Shown piece by piece: positions 42,691 through 53,500 of a DNA stretch of 64,000 nt. Origin of the DNA: Candidatus Latescibacterota bacterium (GTDB lineage: Bacteria; Latescibacterota; UBA2968; SICM01); contig CBDCJO010000002.1 of NCBI GenBank assembly GCA_965217865.1, positions 3,584,001 to 3,648,000 of the forward strand, in the 5' to 3' direction. A model generated the notes under the pieces. That model was given only the letters and a program-made list of their open reading frames with translations. It did no database searches and was not told the origin of the DNA. The position numbers were made by a program, and so were the translations under genes. Every line of letters starts with the position of its first letter. The first letter of the stretch is position 1.

Positions 42691-44998
42691 TGTTTATCCT
42701 TCGGCTCCGGGCACCACACTCTGGTTCATCGACCGGGAAGGCATCAAGCACCGCTGCTTCGCAAGATTCACGCCTTCATTTTATCTTTATCTGAGCGCCT
42801 CGGGGCAAAAGCGAGCGGAGGACCTTGGGGATCGTGCGCCTGCCCGAACCTCCTTTACGCGGGTATCTCGAAAGGAGCTTTTTTCCGGGAAATGGCTGGA
42901 CATCCTTCAGGTGACTGTACACGCCCCCAAGCGGTTCAGAGAGGTGGTGGCTTTTTACGAGAGGTTTTTTCCGCACTTCGCCTTTTTCAACTCGGATATT
43001 CCGGTTGCCCAGCTTTTTTTGTACGAAACCCAGCTGTTCCCCCTGGCCTTAGGGGAGTACGAAGTGGATGGCGCTGGAGAGCTCAAGGGCTGGACGGTTC
43101 ACGATTCCCGTGAAGCCGTCGAGTATGAGCTTCCCCCTCTGGAGATCATGGTGCTCCGGAACGCGAATGATTTCGTCCCTCCCAAGTACCAACCCCAGAT
43201 CCAGCTTGAGGTCTCCTACGAAGGAAAATCCTATCTGTTCGAGCACAATTCCTCCCTCGAAACCCTGGAGTCACTCAACGGACATCTCCGTCGATGCGAT
43301 CCGGATATCATTCTGACTGAGCACGGGGATGCGACCCTCCTTCCGAAGCTGACCGAACTCGCAAGGCGGCACAAGTTTCCCCTCCTGCTGAACCGAGATG
43401 CGTCAGCGGGATATGTGATCACACGGGAATCGAGTTTCTTCCAGTACGGCCAGGTCATCCACAAAGACGGCGCATTCGAACTCGCCGGTCGCTGGCATAT
43501 CGATGTGGGGAACTCTTTCACGGTGGCCGAGTCGGAGCTTGACGGCCTGTTTGAGATCATGCGGGTCACCCAGATGTGTCCCCAGAAACAGGCCCGGGCG
43601 AGCATCGGAACGGGGCTGGCCTCTTTGCAACTTTCGTGGGCACACCGGAACCGGGTCCTGATTCCATCGAAGAAACGTGAGCCGGAGGAATTCAAGTCAG
43701 CCGCAACGCTTCTAATGGCTGATCGGGGCGGGTTGATCTACCAACCCCCGAGGGGTTACCACGAAAATATCGCAGAGCTGGATTTTGTCTCGATGTACCC
43801 ATCGATCATGGTCAAGCACAACGTGTCACCGGAAACGGTCAACTGCCGTTGCTGTGAAAACAGCAACGTCCCGGAGCTGGGTTATACCCTGTGCGAAAGA
43901 CGCGACGGAATCGTGCGGGAGACCCTCAGGATGGTTTTGGAAAAACGGGCTTACTACAAAAAGATGAAAAGGAGATTCAAGGGGAAGGACGAAAAGCTAT
44001 TCCTTCGCTACGACAGGAGACAGGATGCCTTGAAGTGGATGCTGGTGACCTGCTTCGGTTATCTGGGCTACAAAAACGCCCGGTTTGGAAAGATTGAGGC
44101 CCACGAGGCCGTAAACGCCTTCTCCCGGGAAACGATCCTGAGGGCCAAGGAGATCGCCGAGGACCGCGGGTTCCAACTGGTCCACGCCATTGTAGACTGC
44201 GTTTGGCTTCGAAAGGAGCAGGCGACGGAGAGAGATTACGAGGAACTCTGCCGCATCATTTCCGAACAGGTGGGAATCGATATTTCCCTGGAGGGGATAT
44301 ACACCTGGATCCTTTTTCCGTCTTCAAAAATGGACCCTGTCTTAGCCACGGCCAACCGCTACGTGGGATGGTATCGCCACGGGGAGATGAAGGTTCGGGG
44401 GATCGAGGTCAGGCGTCGCGACACCCCCAAATTCATCAAAAAGATGCAGTCCGAGGTGCTGGACAGGATGGCAAAGGCCGGGAATAAGAGGGAACTGGAG
44501 AGGCTTTTTCCGGAGCTCCTGGGGACGGCCGGGGGATTTATCGAAGACCTTCAAAAAGGCCGGGTAAATCCCATGGAGCTGGTCCTTCGCCGGCGGGTCA
44601 CCAAGGAGGCCGACGAATACTTGAATCAGAGCATCAGCGCGGTGGTCTCGAACATGCTCGACGGGATGGGTCTACACCTTGCCGCGGGGGAGTCGATCGA
44701 TTTTATCATCATCGATCAATCCGGGAAGAGGGGAAGGGAGAAGGCCAAGCCTCTCGCACTCTATTCGTTCGAAGACGGGTATGATATCGAGAAATACACG
44801 GAGTTGGCTTTGAAAGCCCTGGAGACCCTGTTTCTTCCTATGGGCTACGACTTTGACAGGTTGAAACAGTTTTATAACCTCCTGCCCCAAAAAAGAATTC
44901 CAAGGCCAGAAGGACGTCAGTTCGACCTTTTCGATTCGAGCGCCAAACCCTCCCTGCTGAAGAATTGCAAAGTGGAAAATGAAAATTGCAGAATGTAA
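42659..44998 (+). CDS. Family B DNA polymerase, PolB2-like, degenerate exonuclease
   Basis: Motif A ELDFVSMYPSIM, motif B KWMLVTCFGYLGY, motif C HAIVDC, KVRGIEVRRRD. Confidence 0.9.
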   Translation: MSNVITGWLFDVYPSAPGTTLWFIDREGIKHRCFARFTPSFYLYLSASGQKRAEDLGDRAPARTSFTRVSRKELFSGKWLDILQVTVHAPKRFREVVAFYERFFPHFAFFNSDIPVAQLFLYETQLFPLALGEYEVDGAGELKGWTVHDSREAVEYELPPLEIMVLRNANDFVPPKYQPQIQLEVSYEGKSYLFEHNSSLETLESLNGHLRRCDPDIILTEHGDATLLPKLTELARRHKFPLLLNRDASAGYVITRESSFFQYGQVIHKDGAFELAGRWHIDVGNSFTVAESELDGLFEIMRVTQMCPQKQARASIGTGLASLQLSWAHRNRVLIPSKKREPEEFKSAATLLMADRGGLIYQPPRGYHENIAELDFVSMYPSIMVKHNVSPETVNCRCCENSNVPELGYTLCERRDGIVRETLRMVLEKRAYYKKMKRRFKGKDEKLFLRYDRRQDALKWMLVTCFGYLGYKNARFGKIEAHEAVNAFSRETILRAKEIAEDRGFQLVHAIVDCVWLRKEQATERDYEELCRIISEQVGIDISLEGIYTWILFPSSKMDPVLATANRYVGWYRHGEMKVRGIEVRRRDTPKFIKKMQSEVLDRMAKAGNKRELERLFPELLGTAGGFIEDLQKGRVNPMELVLRRRVTKEADEYLNQSISAVVSNMLDGMGLHLAAGESIDFIIIDQSGKRGREKAKPLALYSFEDGYDIEKYTELALKALETLFLPMGYDFDRLKQFYNLLPQKRIPRPEGRQFDLFDSSAKPSLLKNCKVENENCRM

Positions 44999-45204
44999 AA
45001 TTAGAGTCTCCGTCGGCTCGAAACCTGAACAGGTAGATTAGCCGACCAACCTGGGACATGCTCCACTTCAGACGCCCGTCGCAGTCACCTGTGATGGGCG
45101 TTGCCATTTCCGGGAGGCTTGCAAAAACCCCATCTCTCTATTATATTGGCATAATCTGTGGAACCGTCGCGCCGGGATCCAAGGGGGACAGGTACTAAGA
45201 AGGA

Positions 45205-45765
45205 GTGTCGAAGATGCGTTTCAAGATCGATCCCGAGCGGGTCCGGACCGCATTCGGCGAGGTCAGGCATGTAAAGGGTTTCGAAGAGAGCTGTGCCCTT
45301 TTTGAGGGGGGAAGGTTGCCGGTCGAGATGCTTCAGGCGATGTCCCTTCGGCCTGAAATCCTGAAGGCCTTCGGACATCTGGGTGAAGGGATCTATCCCG
45401 GGGGCCTCCTGGAACGCAATCTCAAAGAAAAGGTCATCCTGAAGGCCTCGAAGCTCAACGGCTGTCAGTTTTGTGTAAACAGCCATCGCGAAATCATGAG
45501 GCACCTCGGGATCCCCCAGGCCCAGATCGAACAACTCGAAGCACCGGAGAACCTGACGGACCGTGAGTCGCTCGCAGTCCGTTATACCGAGGCGGTGATC
45601 GACGATTCCAATCGGGTGAGCGATGAACTCTTCGCGGATCTCAGCAATCGGTTTTCATCTGAAGAGATCGTGGAGCTCACCTTTTTGATCGGTTTTATCA
45701 GCATGTTGAACCTGTTCAACAATGCCCTTCAGGTGACTTATCGGGACGAATACGAAAAGATTTAG
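45205..45765 (+). CDS. AhpD/carboxymuconolactone decarboxylase family protein
   Basis: SKLNGCQFCVNSH, FSSEEIVELT. Confidence 0.85.
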   Translation: MSKMRFKIDPERVRTAFGEVRHVKGFEESCALFEGGRLPVEMLQAMSLRPEILKAFGHLGEGIYPGGLLERNLKEKVILKASKLNGCQFCVNSHREIMRHLGIPQAQIEQLEAPENLTDRESLAVRYTEAVIDDSNRVSDELFADLSNRFSSEEIVELTFLIGFISMLNLFNNALQVTYRDEYEKI

Positions 45766-45767
45766 TC

Positions 45768-46655
45768 GTGAGGGGTTTTATGGATCGAACGAACAACACC
45801 CACCGTCTACGGAAGTTGCTGTCTCGGCCCGGGATCATTCGAAGCCTTGGTGCTCACGATGTATTTACGGCCTTGATCGTTGAGCAATCGGGGTTCGAAA
45901 CCGTTTTCATCGGGGGGTTCGGGACGAGCGCTTCCCTGTTGGGCCTCCCTGACCTGAACTTCCTGACTATGTCGGAGATGGCCGATGCCCTCAGGCGCAT
46001 GGCGGCACGCGTTTCGATCCCGGTCATCGCGGACGGCGACACGGGTCACGGCGATCTCCATAACGTCCAGCGAACCGTCTCGACGTTCGAATCCGCTGGG
46101 GCATCCGGGATTCTGCTGGAGGATCAGGTTGCCCCCAAGCGTTGCGGCCATTTCGCGGATAAACAGGTTGTCCCGAAAGAAGAGATGATTCTCAAGATAA
46201 AGGCGGCCGTGCGCGCCAGGAGCGACCCGGACTTCGTCATCTTCGCCCGTACGGACGCACGCCAGATGAACGGCCTTGACGACGCGGTCGATCGGGTGAA
46301 CGGATACTGCGATGCCGGGGCGGACATCGCCTTCATCGAAGCCCCGCAATCCAGGGGCGAGCTGGAGGAGATTCCCCAGCGGGTCGATTTTCCCCTCTTC
46401 GTGAATATGCTGACGGGCGGGGTTACACCGATATTATCCGTTCAGGAACTCGAAGAACTGGGCTACAAGATCGTTGTCTGCCCGATCGAGTCCCTGATGG
46501 TCTGCGCCCGAGCGATGCGAGACCTGTGCGAAACGCTGAAGACGACCGGACGAGTGGATCGAATTGCGACTGAAGCGATGAGCTTCGACGAGGTTAAGAA
46601 TGTCCTCGGCCTGTCCGCCTATCTTCGCATGAAAGAGGGAATAGAACAAAATTGA
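45768..46655 (+). CDS. Isocitrate lyase/PEP mutase family (PrpB-like)
   Basis: ADGDTGHG, LEDQVAPKRCGH, ARTDA. Confidence 0.9.
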   Translation: MRGFMDRTNNTHRLRKLLSRPGIIRSLGAHDVFTALIVEQSGFETVFIGGFGTSASLLGLPDLNFLTMSEMADALRRMAARVSIPVIADGDTGHGDLHNVQRTVSTFESAGASGILLEDQVAPKRCGHFADKQVVPKEEMILKIKAAVRARSDPDFVIFARTDARQMNGLDDAVDRVNGYCDAGADIAFIEAPQSRGELEEIPQRVDFPLFVNMLTGGVTPILSVQELEELGYKIVVCPIESLMVCARAMRDLCETLKTTGRVDRIATEAMSFDEVKNVLGLSAYLRMKEGIEQN

Positions 46656-46693
46656 TGCAAAGATATGGACCTCCTAATTGATGGAGAGCACTT

Positions 46694-46927
46694 TTGGACA
46701 AACTGGTGGAGGTGAGCAGGGCCTACGGGGAGATAGAGGCCCAGGTCATCCATAGCTTCCTGGAAAGCCACGGCATCGAATCCATGCTGAGAGGCGAGGC
46801 CCTTCGGATCACCCATGGATTTACGATCGATGGATTGGCCGAGGTCCGGATTCTTGTCCGGCCGGAGGACGCCGAAAGGGCAAAGGAGATCATCGCCGCA
46901 TGCCAGAAAAAGGGCGGGGTCCAGTGA
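46694..46927 (+). CDS. DUF2007 (putative signal transducing) protein
   Basis: EAQVIHSFLESHGIES...VRILVRPEDAERAKEII. Confidence 0.8.
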   Translation: MDKLVEVSRAYGEIEAQVIHSFLESHGIESMLRGEALRITHGFTIDGLAEVRILVRPEDAERAKEIIAACQKKGGVQ

Positions 46928-46977
46928 CCAGGCTTGAAGGGGAAGGGGTTTAAATCCGTACTCAAGGGAGAAGAGAG

Positions 46978-47955
46978 ATGGTCGGATTTGCGGTGGTCGG
47001 ACTGAGACAGGGTTCCAATCGAGCCAGAATGGTCGTTGAGACCGACGGCGCAGGGCTGAAGGTTGTGGTCGACCTGAACGCGGAACTGGCCGAGAAGGTG
47101 GGGGCCGGGCTGGAATGCGATTGGGCTGCGGATCTCGACCAGGCCCTGGACCGGAAGGACGTGGATGTGGTGATGATCATGACGCCGAGCGGGACCCACG
47201 CGGATCTGGGCATACAGGCTGCACGGGCGGGAAAGTTCGTTGTGACGACAAAACCGATGGATGTTTCCACCGAGGCTTGTGACCGCCTGATCACTGCGTG
47301 TGAGGACGCAGGGGTCGGGCTGGCCGTGGATTACGAGAGTCGCTACCGGGACAACAACTACCGGGTCGCGGAGGCCCTAAGGCAAGGTTGGCTGGGCAAG
47401 CCGATTCTAGGTGAAGCCCGGTTCAAGTGGTTTCGCAGCCAGGCGTATTTCGACCGGGGAGGCGGTTGGCGAGGCACCTGGAAGATGGATGGGGGTGGGT
47501 CGCTCGCCAATCAGGGCGCCCACCTGCTCGACCTGCTTTGCTGGTTTATGGGGGACCCTGTGACGGTCTACGGGGAGATGGCTGTGATGAATCACGAAAT
47601 CGAGACCGAAGATATCGGACTCGCCATTCTCAACTTCAAAAATGGCGCGAAAGGCGTGGTCGTGGGGACGACAACCTTCCCCGGGGATCCTTATTTCAGC
47701 GCGGAGGTACACGGGAGCGAGGGGGGGGTGTTGATCGACGATGCCCTTAGGGGTGAAATGCGGGTTTTCGGAGAAGGGATCGAGGAACGATTGATGAAGC
47801 TGGAAAACGGGATCCACAGCATCGTTGAGGACGTGGTCCATTCGGTCTCGCACGGGACGCCTGTCCGGGTAGACGGGCGGGAAGGCCGCCGAACTGTTGC
47901 CTTGCTGGAGGCCATTTATCAATCTGCACGAGAGAACAAGGCCGTGAATTTCTAA
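46978..47955 (+). CDS. Gfo/Idh/MocA oxidoreductase
   Basis: TPSGTH, TKPM, WRGTWKMDGGGSLANQGAH. Confidence 0.9.
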   Translation: MVGFAVVGLRQGSNRARMVVETDGAGLKVVVDLNAELAEKVGAGLECDWAADLDQALDRKDVDVVMIMTPSGTHADLGIQAARAGKFVVTTKPMDVSTEACDRLITACEDAGVGLAVDYESRYRDNNYRVAEALRQGWLGKPILGEARFKWFRSQAYFDRGGGWRGTWKMDGGGSLANQGAHLLDLLCWFMGDPVTVYGEMAVMNHEIETEDIGLAILNFKNGAKGVVVGTTTFPGDPYFSAEVHGSEGGVLIDDALRGEMRVFGEGIEERLMKLENGIHSIVEDVVHSVSHGTPVRVDGREGRRTVALLEAIYQSARENKAVNF

Positions 47956-47981
47956 TTAGGAGATCCCACGGGAGAACTGTT

Positions 47982-50537
47982 GTGAAAAATGTTCACACCT
48001 ATCACGTGGTACCTTCCATCCCGGAAAGGCTGATGAACCTCAAGGACTTGGCCTTCAACCTCAGATGGGCCTGGGACCACGAGACGATCGCACTTTTTCG
48101 CCGTTTGGATCGGGACCTTTGAGAGGCGACGGGCCACAATCCCGTCCTGATGCTTGGGACCATCGAACAGAGTCGTCTTCGGGAAGCCGAGGGAGACGAG
48201 TCTTTCCTGGCGCATCTGGAGCGTGTCCATAAAGATTACGAACGGTATATGACGGAGCCCGCGTGGTTTCAGAAAGCCTATCCAGAATATAAAGATCTCC
48301 GGATTGCCTATTTCTCCGCGGAATTCGGTCTCACCGAATGTCTCCCGATATACAGCGGGGGCCTTGGGATCCTGGCCGGAGACCATCTCAAGTCCGCCAG
48401 CGAGTTGGGGCTTCCCCTGGTTGGCGTAGGCCTCCTCTACCAGAAGGGTTACTTTCGACAGTACCTGAACGTGGACGGCTGGCAGCAGGAACGGTACCCC
48501 ACGAACGACTTTTACAACATGCCGCTTCAACCTGTCCGCAAGGAGGACGGGCGTCCGGTGTTCGTAGAGCTGCAGTTGTTGGGACGCAAGGTCCGGGCCC
48601 AAGTTTGGCGTGTCCATGTAGGACGGGTCCCTTTATATCTCCTCGACACCAACCTCCCGGCGAACCGGCTCGAAGACCAGGATATCACGGACGAGCTGTA
48701 CGGCGGCGATCGTGAAACCCGGATCCGACAGGAGATCGTCCTGGGTATCGGCGGCATGAAAGCCCTTGCGGCGATGGGGATCCACCCGGAGGTTTGCCAC
48801 ATGAACGAGGGGCACGCCGCGTTCCTCGGTCTGGAACGCGTCCACATGCTTGTCGAAGCCCATGGGTTGACCTGCCGGGAGGCCAGGCAGGCCAGCAGCG
48901 CGGGAAATGTGTTCACGACACACACTCCAGTTCCTGCCGGGTTCGACCTATTCGAACCGGATCTGGTCATGCGCTATTTCGGCGACTACGCAGCTTCCCT
49001 CAACATCCCGTTCGATGTCTTCCTGGGACTGGGTCGGAGCGATCCCTCAGACACGGGCGAGCTGTTTAACATGGCCAACCTGGCGATGAAGCACGCCTCC
49101 GCGTGCAACGGGGTCAGCCGCCTCCACGGTAGTGTGACACGCCGAATGCTACACGCCACCTGGGCGGATTTCCCCGAGCACGAGGTCCCCGTTGCATCGA
49201 TCACGAACGGAATCCATATCCGCTCGTGGATATCGTGGGATATGGCGCAGCTCCTTGACCGCTACCTGGGCCCCAAGTGGATGGAAGGCCCGACCGATCT
49301 TTCGGCGTGGGAACGGGTGTCGCAGATTCCGGACGAGGAACTCTGGCGGACTCACGAGCGGCGGAGGGAGCGGATGGTCGCCTTCGCGAGAAGACATCTG
49401 CTGGAACAATTGGAACGGCGCGGGGCCTCGGAGCACGAAAGGAACGTTTCTCAGGGGGTGCTGGACCCCGAGGCGATCACCATCGGGTTTGCGAGGCGGT
49501 TCGCGACCTACAAGCGCGCGACGCTCATGCTGCGGAACCTGAAAGGCTTCGGCGGATCCTATGTGACCGGGAGAGACCCGCCCAGATCGTCATGGCCGGA
49601 AAGGCACATCCCATGGATCATGACGGGAAGGAGCTGATCAAACAGATCGTTCACTTTGCCCGAGACGAACAGATCCGGCGTCACGTGGTTTTTTTGGAGG
49701 ATTACGATATCTCCGTCGCCCGTTACCTGGTGCAGGGGGTGGATGTCTGGCTCAATACCCCGAGGCGGCCGATGGAGGCCAGCGGGACGAGCGGTATGAA
49801 GGTCCTGGCCAACGGCGGGCTGAACCTTTCAAATTAAGGATGGCTGGTGGGACGAGGGTTATGACCCCTCCGTAGGATGGTCCATCGGCAATGGTGAAGA
49901 GTACGAGGATCACGACTACCAGGATCGGGTGGAGACAGATGCGCTGTATGACCTCCTGGAACGGGAGGTCGTCCCCCTCTTCTACGACCGGGGGACGGAC
50001 GGCCTGCCGAGGGGATGGATCGCAAAGATGAAGGCCTCCATGAGCAAGCTCTGTCCTGTCTTCAACACAAACCGGATGGTCCACGATTATGTCGAACAGT
50101 GCTATCTTCCGGCGGCGCGACGGTATCGGAGTTTGACCCAAAAGGGAATGGAGCGCGTGAAGGAGTTAATCGCCTGGAAGACGAGACTCCGGCAGCAGTG
50201 GGGTGAGGTCCGCATCGAAAGTGTCGACGGAGAACCGCGGGAGAATGCCAGGGTGGGGATGCCGTTTGCCGTTCGAGCCCGCGTGCGCCTCGGTTCAATC
50301 GAACCCCAGGAGGTGTCGGTTCAGATCTACAACGGGCTTCTCGACACGAATAGGGATCTCCCCGAGGGATCGGTGATTCCGATGAGCTGGGAGGGAACGA
50401 TCAAAGACGGCGCCCATCTCTATCAGGGGAATATTCCCTGCAACTCCACAGGCCTGCACGGTTTTTCGATCCGGGTCATCCCTTGCCACGAGGACGCCGT
50501 TATTCCCCTTGAACTTCCCCTGGTGGTGTGGGAGTGA
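47982..50537 (+). CDS. glgP: Alpha-glucan (glycogen) phosphorylase; breaks near 48120, 49540 and 49835
   Basis: AYFSAEFG, YSGGLGILAGD, HMNEGH, GFARRFATYKR, EASGTSGMK, GWWDEGY across three frames. Confidence 0.88.
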
Positions 50538-50545
50538 GCTTCGGA

Positions 50546-53500
50546 ATGCCCATCTCGTTTTTTGCCCTACTCCTTCCCCTTTTTTCCCTCAATGCCGACA
50601 CCCTGCCTCAGTACGCTCCCCGAGAGATCCTGATCAAGTACCACCCCCACAGCCGGTCCAAACCCGCGGTCTCGCGCCTTGCCCGGCGTGTTGGGGTCCT
50701 GTCCGAAGTGCCCCTTCTTCCCCAACGCCGTATCGGCGCCGCCAAGCCCGTACGGAACAGTGAGGATCTTGAGCTCGTGTCGAAGTTACGGCTCGCCCCT
50801 GGTACGGATGTAGCCGGTGCGGTTAAAGCTTACCAGGCCTCAGGCATGGTCGAATACGCGCAGCCCAATTACCTCTACCGAACGATGGATGCCCCGAATG
50901 ACCCTCGTTTTTCGGACCAGAGGGATCTCCAGACGATCAACTGGCTGGCCGGATGGGAGCTCAACCTGCCGGCTGGGAAGACTTCCGTGATTGCGATCAT
51001 CGATTCTGGCCTTGACTATCTTCACGAGGACATTGAACCGGTTTTGTGGACCAATTCCTCCGAGGTCGATGGGACAACCGGGGTGGACGACGACCGAAAC
51101 GGTTATATCGATGATATCCGCGGGTGGGACTTCACGGACGCCCTGGACATCGCCGGGAGCGGGGATTATCTCGATCGCGACAACGACCCGATGGATGAGG
51201 GGGGGCACGGGACGCACGTCGGGGGAATCGCGGGGGCCGCGGTGGACAACGAGGTCGGAATCGCGGGGGCAAGCCCTTCCAGCAGACTGATGGCTCTCCG
51301 CGCGGGTTTTATATTCGAAGGTTCGACCTTCCTGGAGGACGACGACATCGCGGCGGCGATCGCCTATGCCGTTGAAAACGGAGCGGACGTGATCAATGCG
51401 AGCTGGGGATGCGATGAGATCTCCCAGGTCATCCGGGATGCCGTTCGGTATGCCGCCCGCAACGGGGTGACGATCGTTGCCGCGGCAGGCAACGGGGGAA
51501 CGGCTTCTCTGGTCTATCCCGCCGCTCTCAGTGAAGTCGTTTCGGTCGCAGCCCTGGACCCGCAGGGAAGCCTGGCCAGTTTTAGCAGCTTCGGCGAAGC
51601 GCTTGATCTGGTGGCACCCGGTGTCGGCGTCCTGAGCACCCGTCTGGGGGGGGGGTATCAAAGCCGGTCCGGCACCTCGCAGGCCACGCCCTTCGTATCC
51701 GGACTGGCCGCCTGGATCCTGGCTCTCAATCCCAAATTTTCACCGGAACAGGTCCGAGCTGATCTGAAGGTCTCCGCGACGGACGTGGGCAATTCGGGAC
51801 GGGATGCCACGTTCGGTTCCGGCCGCATCGATGTGGCCGCTTCTCTGGCCTCCCTGAGCGCCCCCTTTGTACAGATTATAACTCCCCCCTCAGGATTCGG
51901 AGTGTCGAGTTCCGTGGAGGTGACAGGCGTTGCAGGGGAAACGGGGACGGCATATCGTCTCGAGTGGGGATCGGGGACGGACCCGGTCACATGGGCACTG
52001 ATTGAAGAAGGTGCCGCGGAGGGGAGGCTTCAGACACTTGGCACCTGGACCGTGACCGGGTTGCCGGATGCGGTCTACAGTCTCCGGTTGCTGGCTTTTC
52101 CCAAGGACGGCAAGGAGGTGGAGAGTCGGGCGATCCAGACTCTGGATCGAACGCCACCGGTCTTTGTTCGCCAGGGTGTGGTTTCACGACTGGACAGTGC
52201 GGTTTCGCGTTATTGGGTCGAATGGGCCACCGATGACCGGGTGGAGACCACGCTCCATATCCGCTCTTCGGGCGCGGTAACGACCGTCGAGGTATCCGGG
52301 ATTGTAGAAGAAAATTCGAACCCCCTTCCCGACGGTCTTCCACCCGGACCGACATCGGTATCTCTTCTTGCCAGGAGCATATCAGGCCTGTCGTCACAGA
52401 GCCCGGATACGACCTTCGACCTGATGACCGAGTTCGTGTCCAGCCAGGGATTTACTCAGGTGGCGACGCTTCCGGATGGTTATCTGATCAACCGGCCATC
52501 CGACATGGACGGGGATGGCCGGCCGGAGATCGCCCTGATGCCCTATATCCCGGGTCAACCCTTCGGTCGTGTGAAGCTTTACGAGAAGGGGGAGGAATGG
52601 TCTCTCAACGAGATTTTTACGAGCGACGAGGACTTCCTTCCGTGGAATGTGGGGGATGTCAACGGCAACGGCAGACAGGAGCTGATGGGGGCAAATGTGG
52701 GCCGTCTCCGGCTTTTCGAAGGAGCCTCGGAAGGTGAGTTGCCGACCGAGGCCATCGTGGATATGTCCGATACGTGGGGAGGGGATCTGGCCGATCTGGA
52801 TGCAGATGGACGGCCTGAAATCGTGGCAAGATCGAACCCGCAGCATTCCCTTCGCGTCCTGAAATGGGTAGGCTCATCTCTCTCGGAGGTAGGCCTGCTC
52901 TCGAACACGACGGACGGGGAGAACAATCTGGGACCTCGTTATGCCATTGCGGACTTCGACGGCGATAGTCGCCTGGAGATCGTCTCGGGAGACTCGGACG
53001 GGGATCTGATTTTGTTTGAGAGAATGGAGGACGGAACATACGCGACCACCTGGACGGAGATCGGAAGGCCGAACGCCGATGCTCGGATCCTGAACGGAGG
53101 TGCGGACCTGGACGGGGACGGAAGACTGGAATTCATCGTCGCCCGAACCGACTCGCTTCCCGGCGACGATGTGGAACGCCGTTGGATCGTGTCCGTCTAC
53201 CAGTCGTCGGGGGATGATACCTACTCCGTAGAATGGCAGATGGAGATTCACGGCGTCTCTTCCACGGGCAACGGTGTCGCGATCGGTGATCTGACGGGGG
53301 ACGGAAAGGTCGATTTCGCAGTCTGCGCATTGCCCGACCTGTATCTGTTCACAGGGGCAGGGACCGACGATTACCGGGCGATCTGGTACATCCCCGTCGA
53401 TCTGACCTACCTCCCCGTGATCTCGGACCTGGACGAAAACGGCAGGCCGGAGATCGCCTTTAATCAGGGAGGCATGGTCCGGCTGTTCGAACGGGATGAA

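Noticed and set aside
42659-44998. Prophage, casposon or pipolin origin of the PolB
   Set aside because: No integrase, cas1, terminal repeats or phage genes nearby; flanked by metabolic genes
45010-45105. Two hairpins downstream of PolB2 as a possible ncRNA
   Set aside because: No promoter or family motif; compatible with ordinary 3' structures
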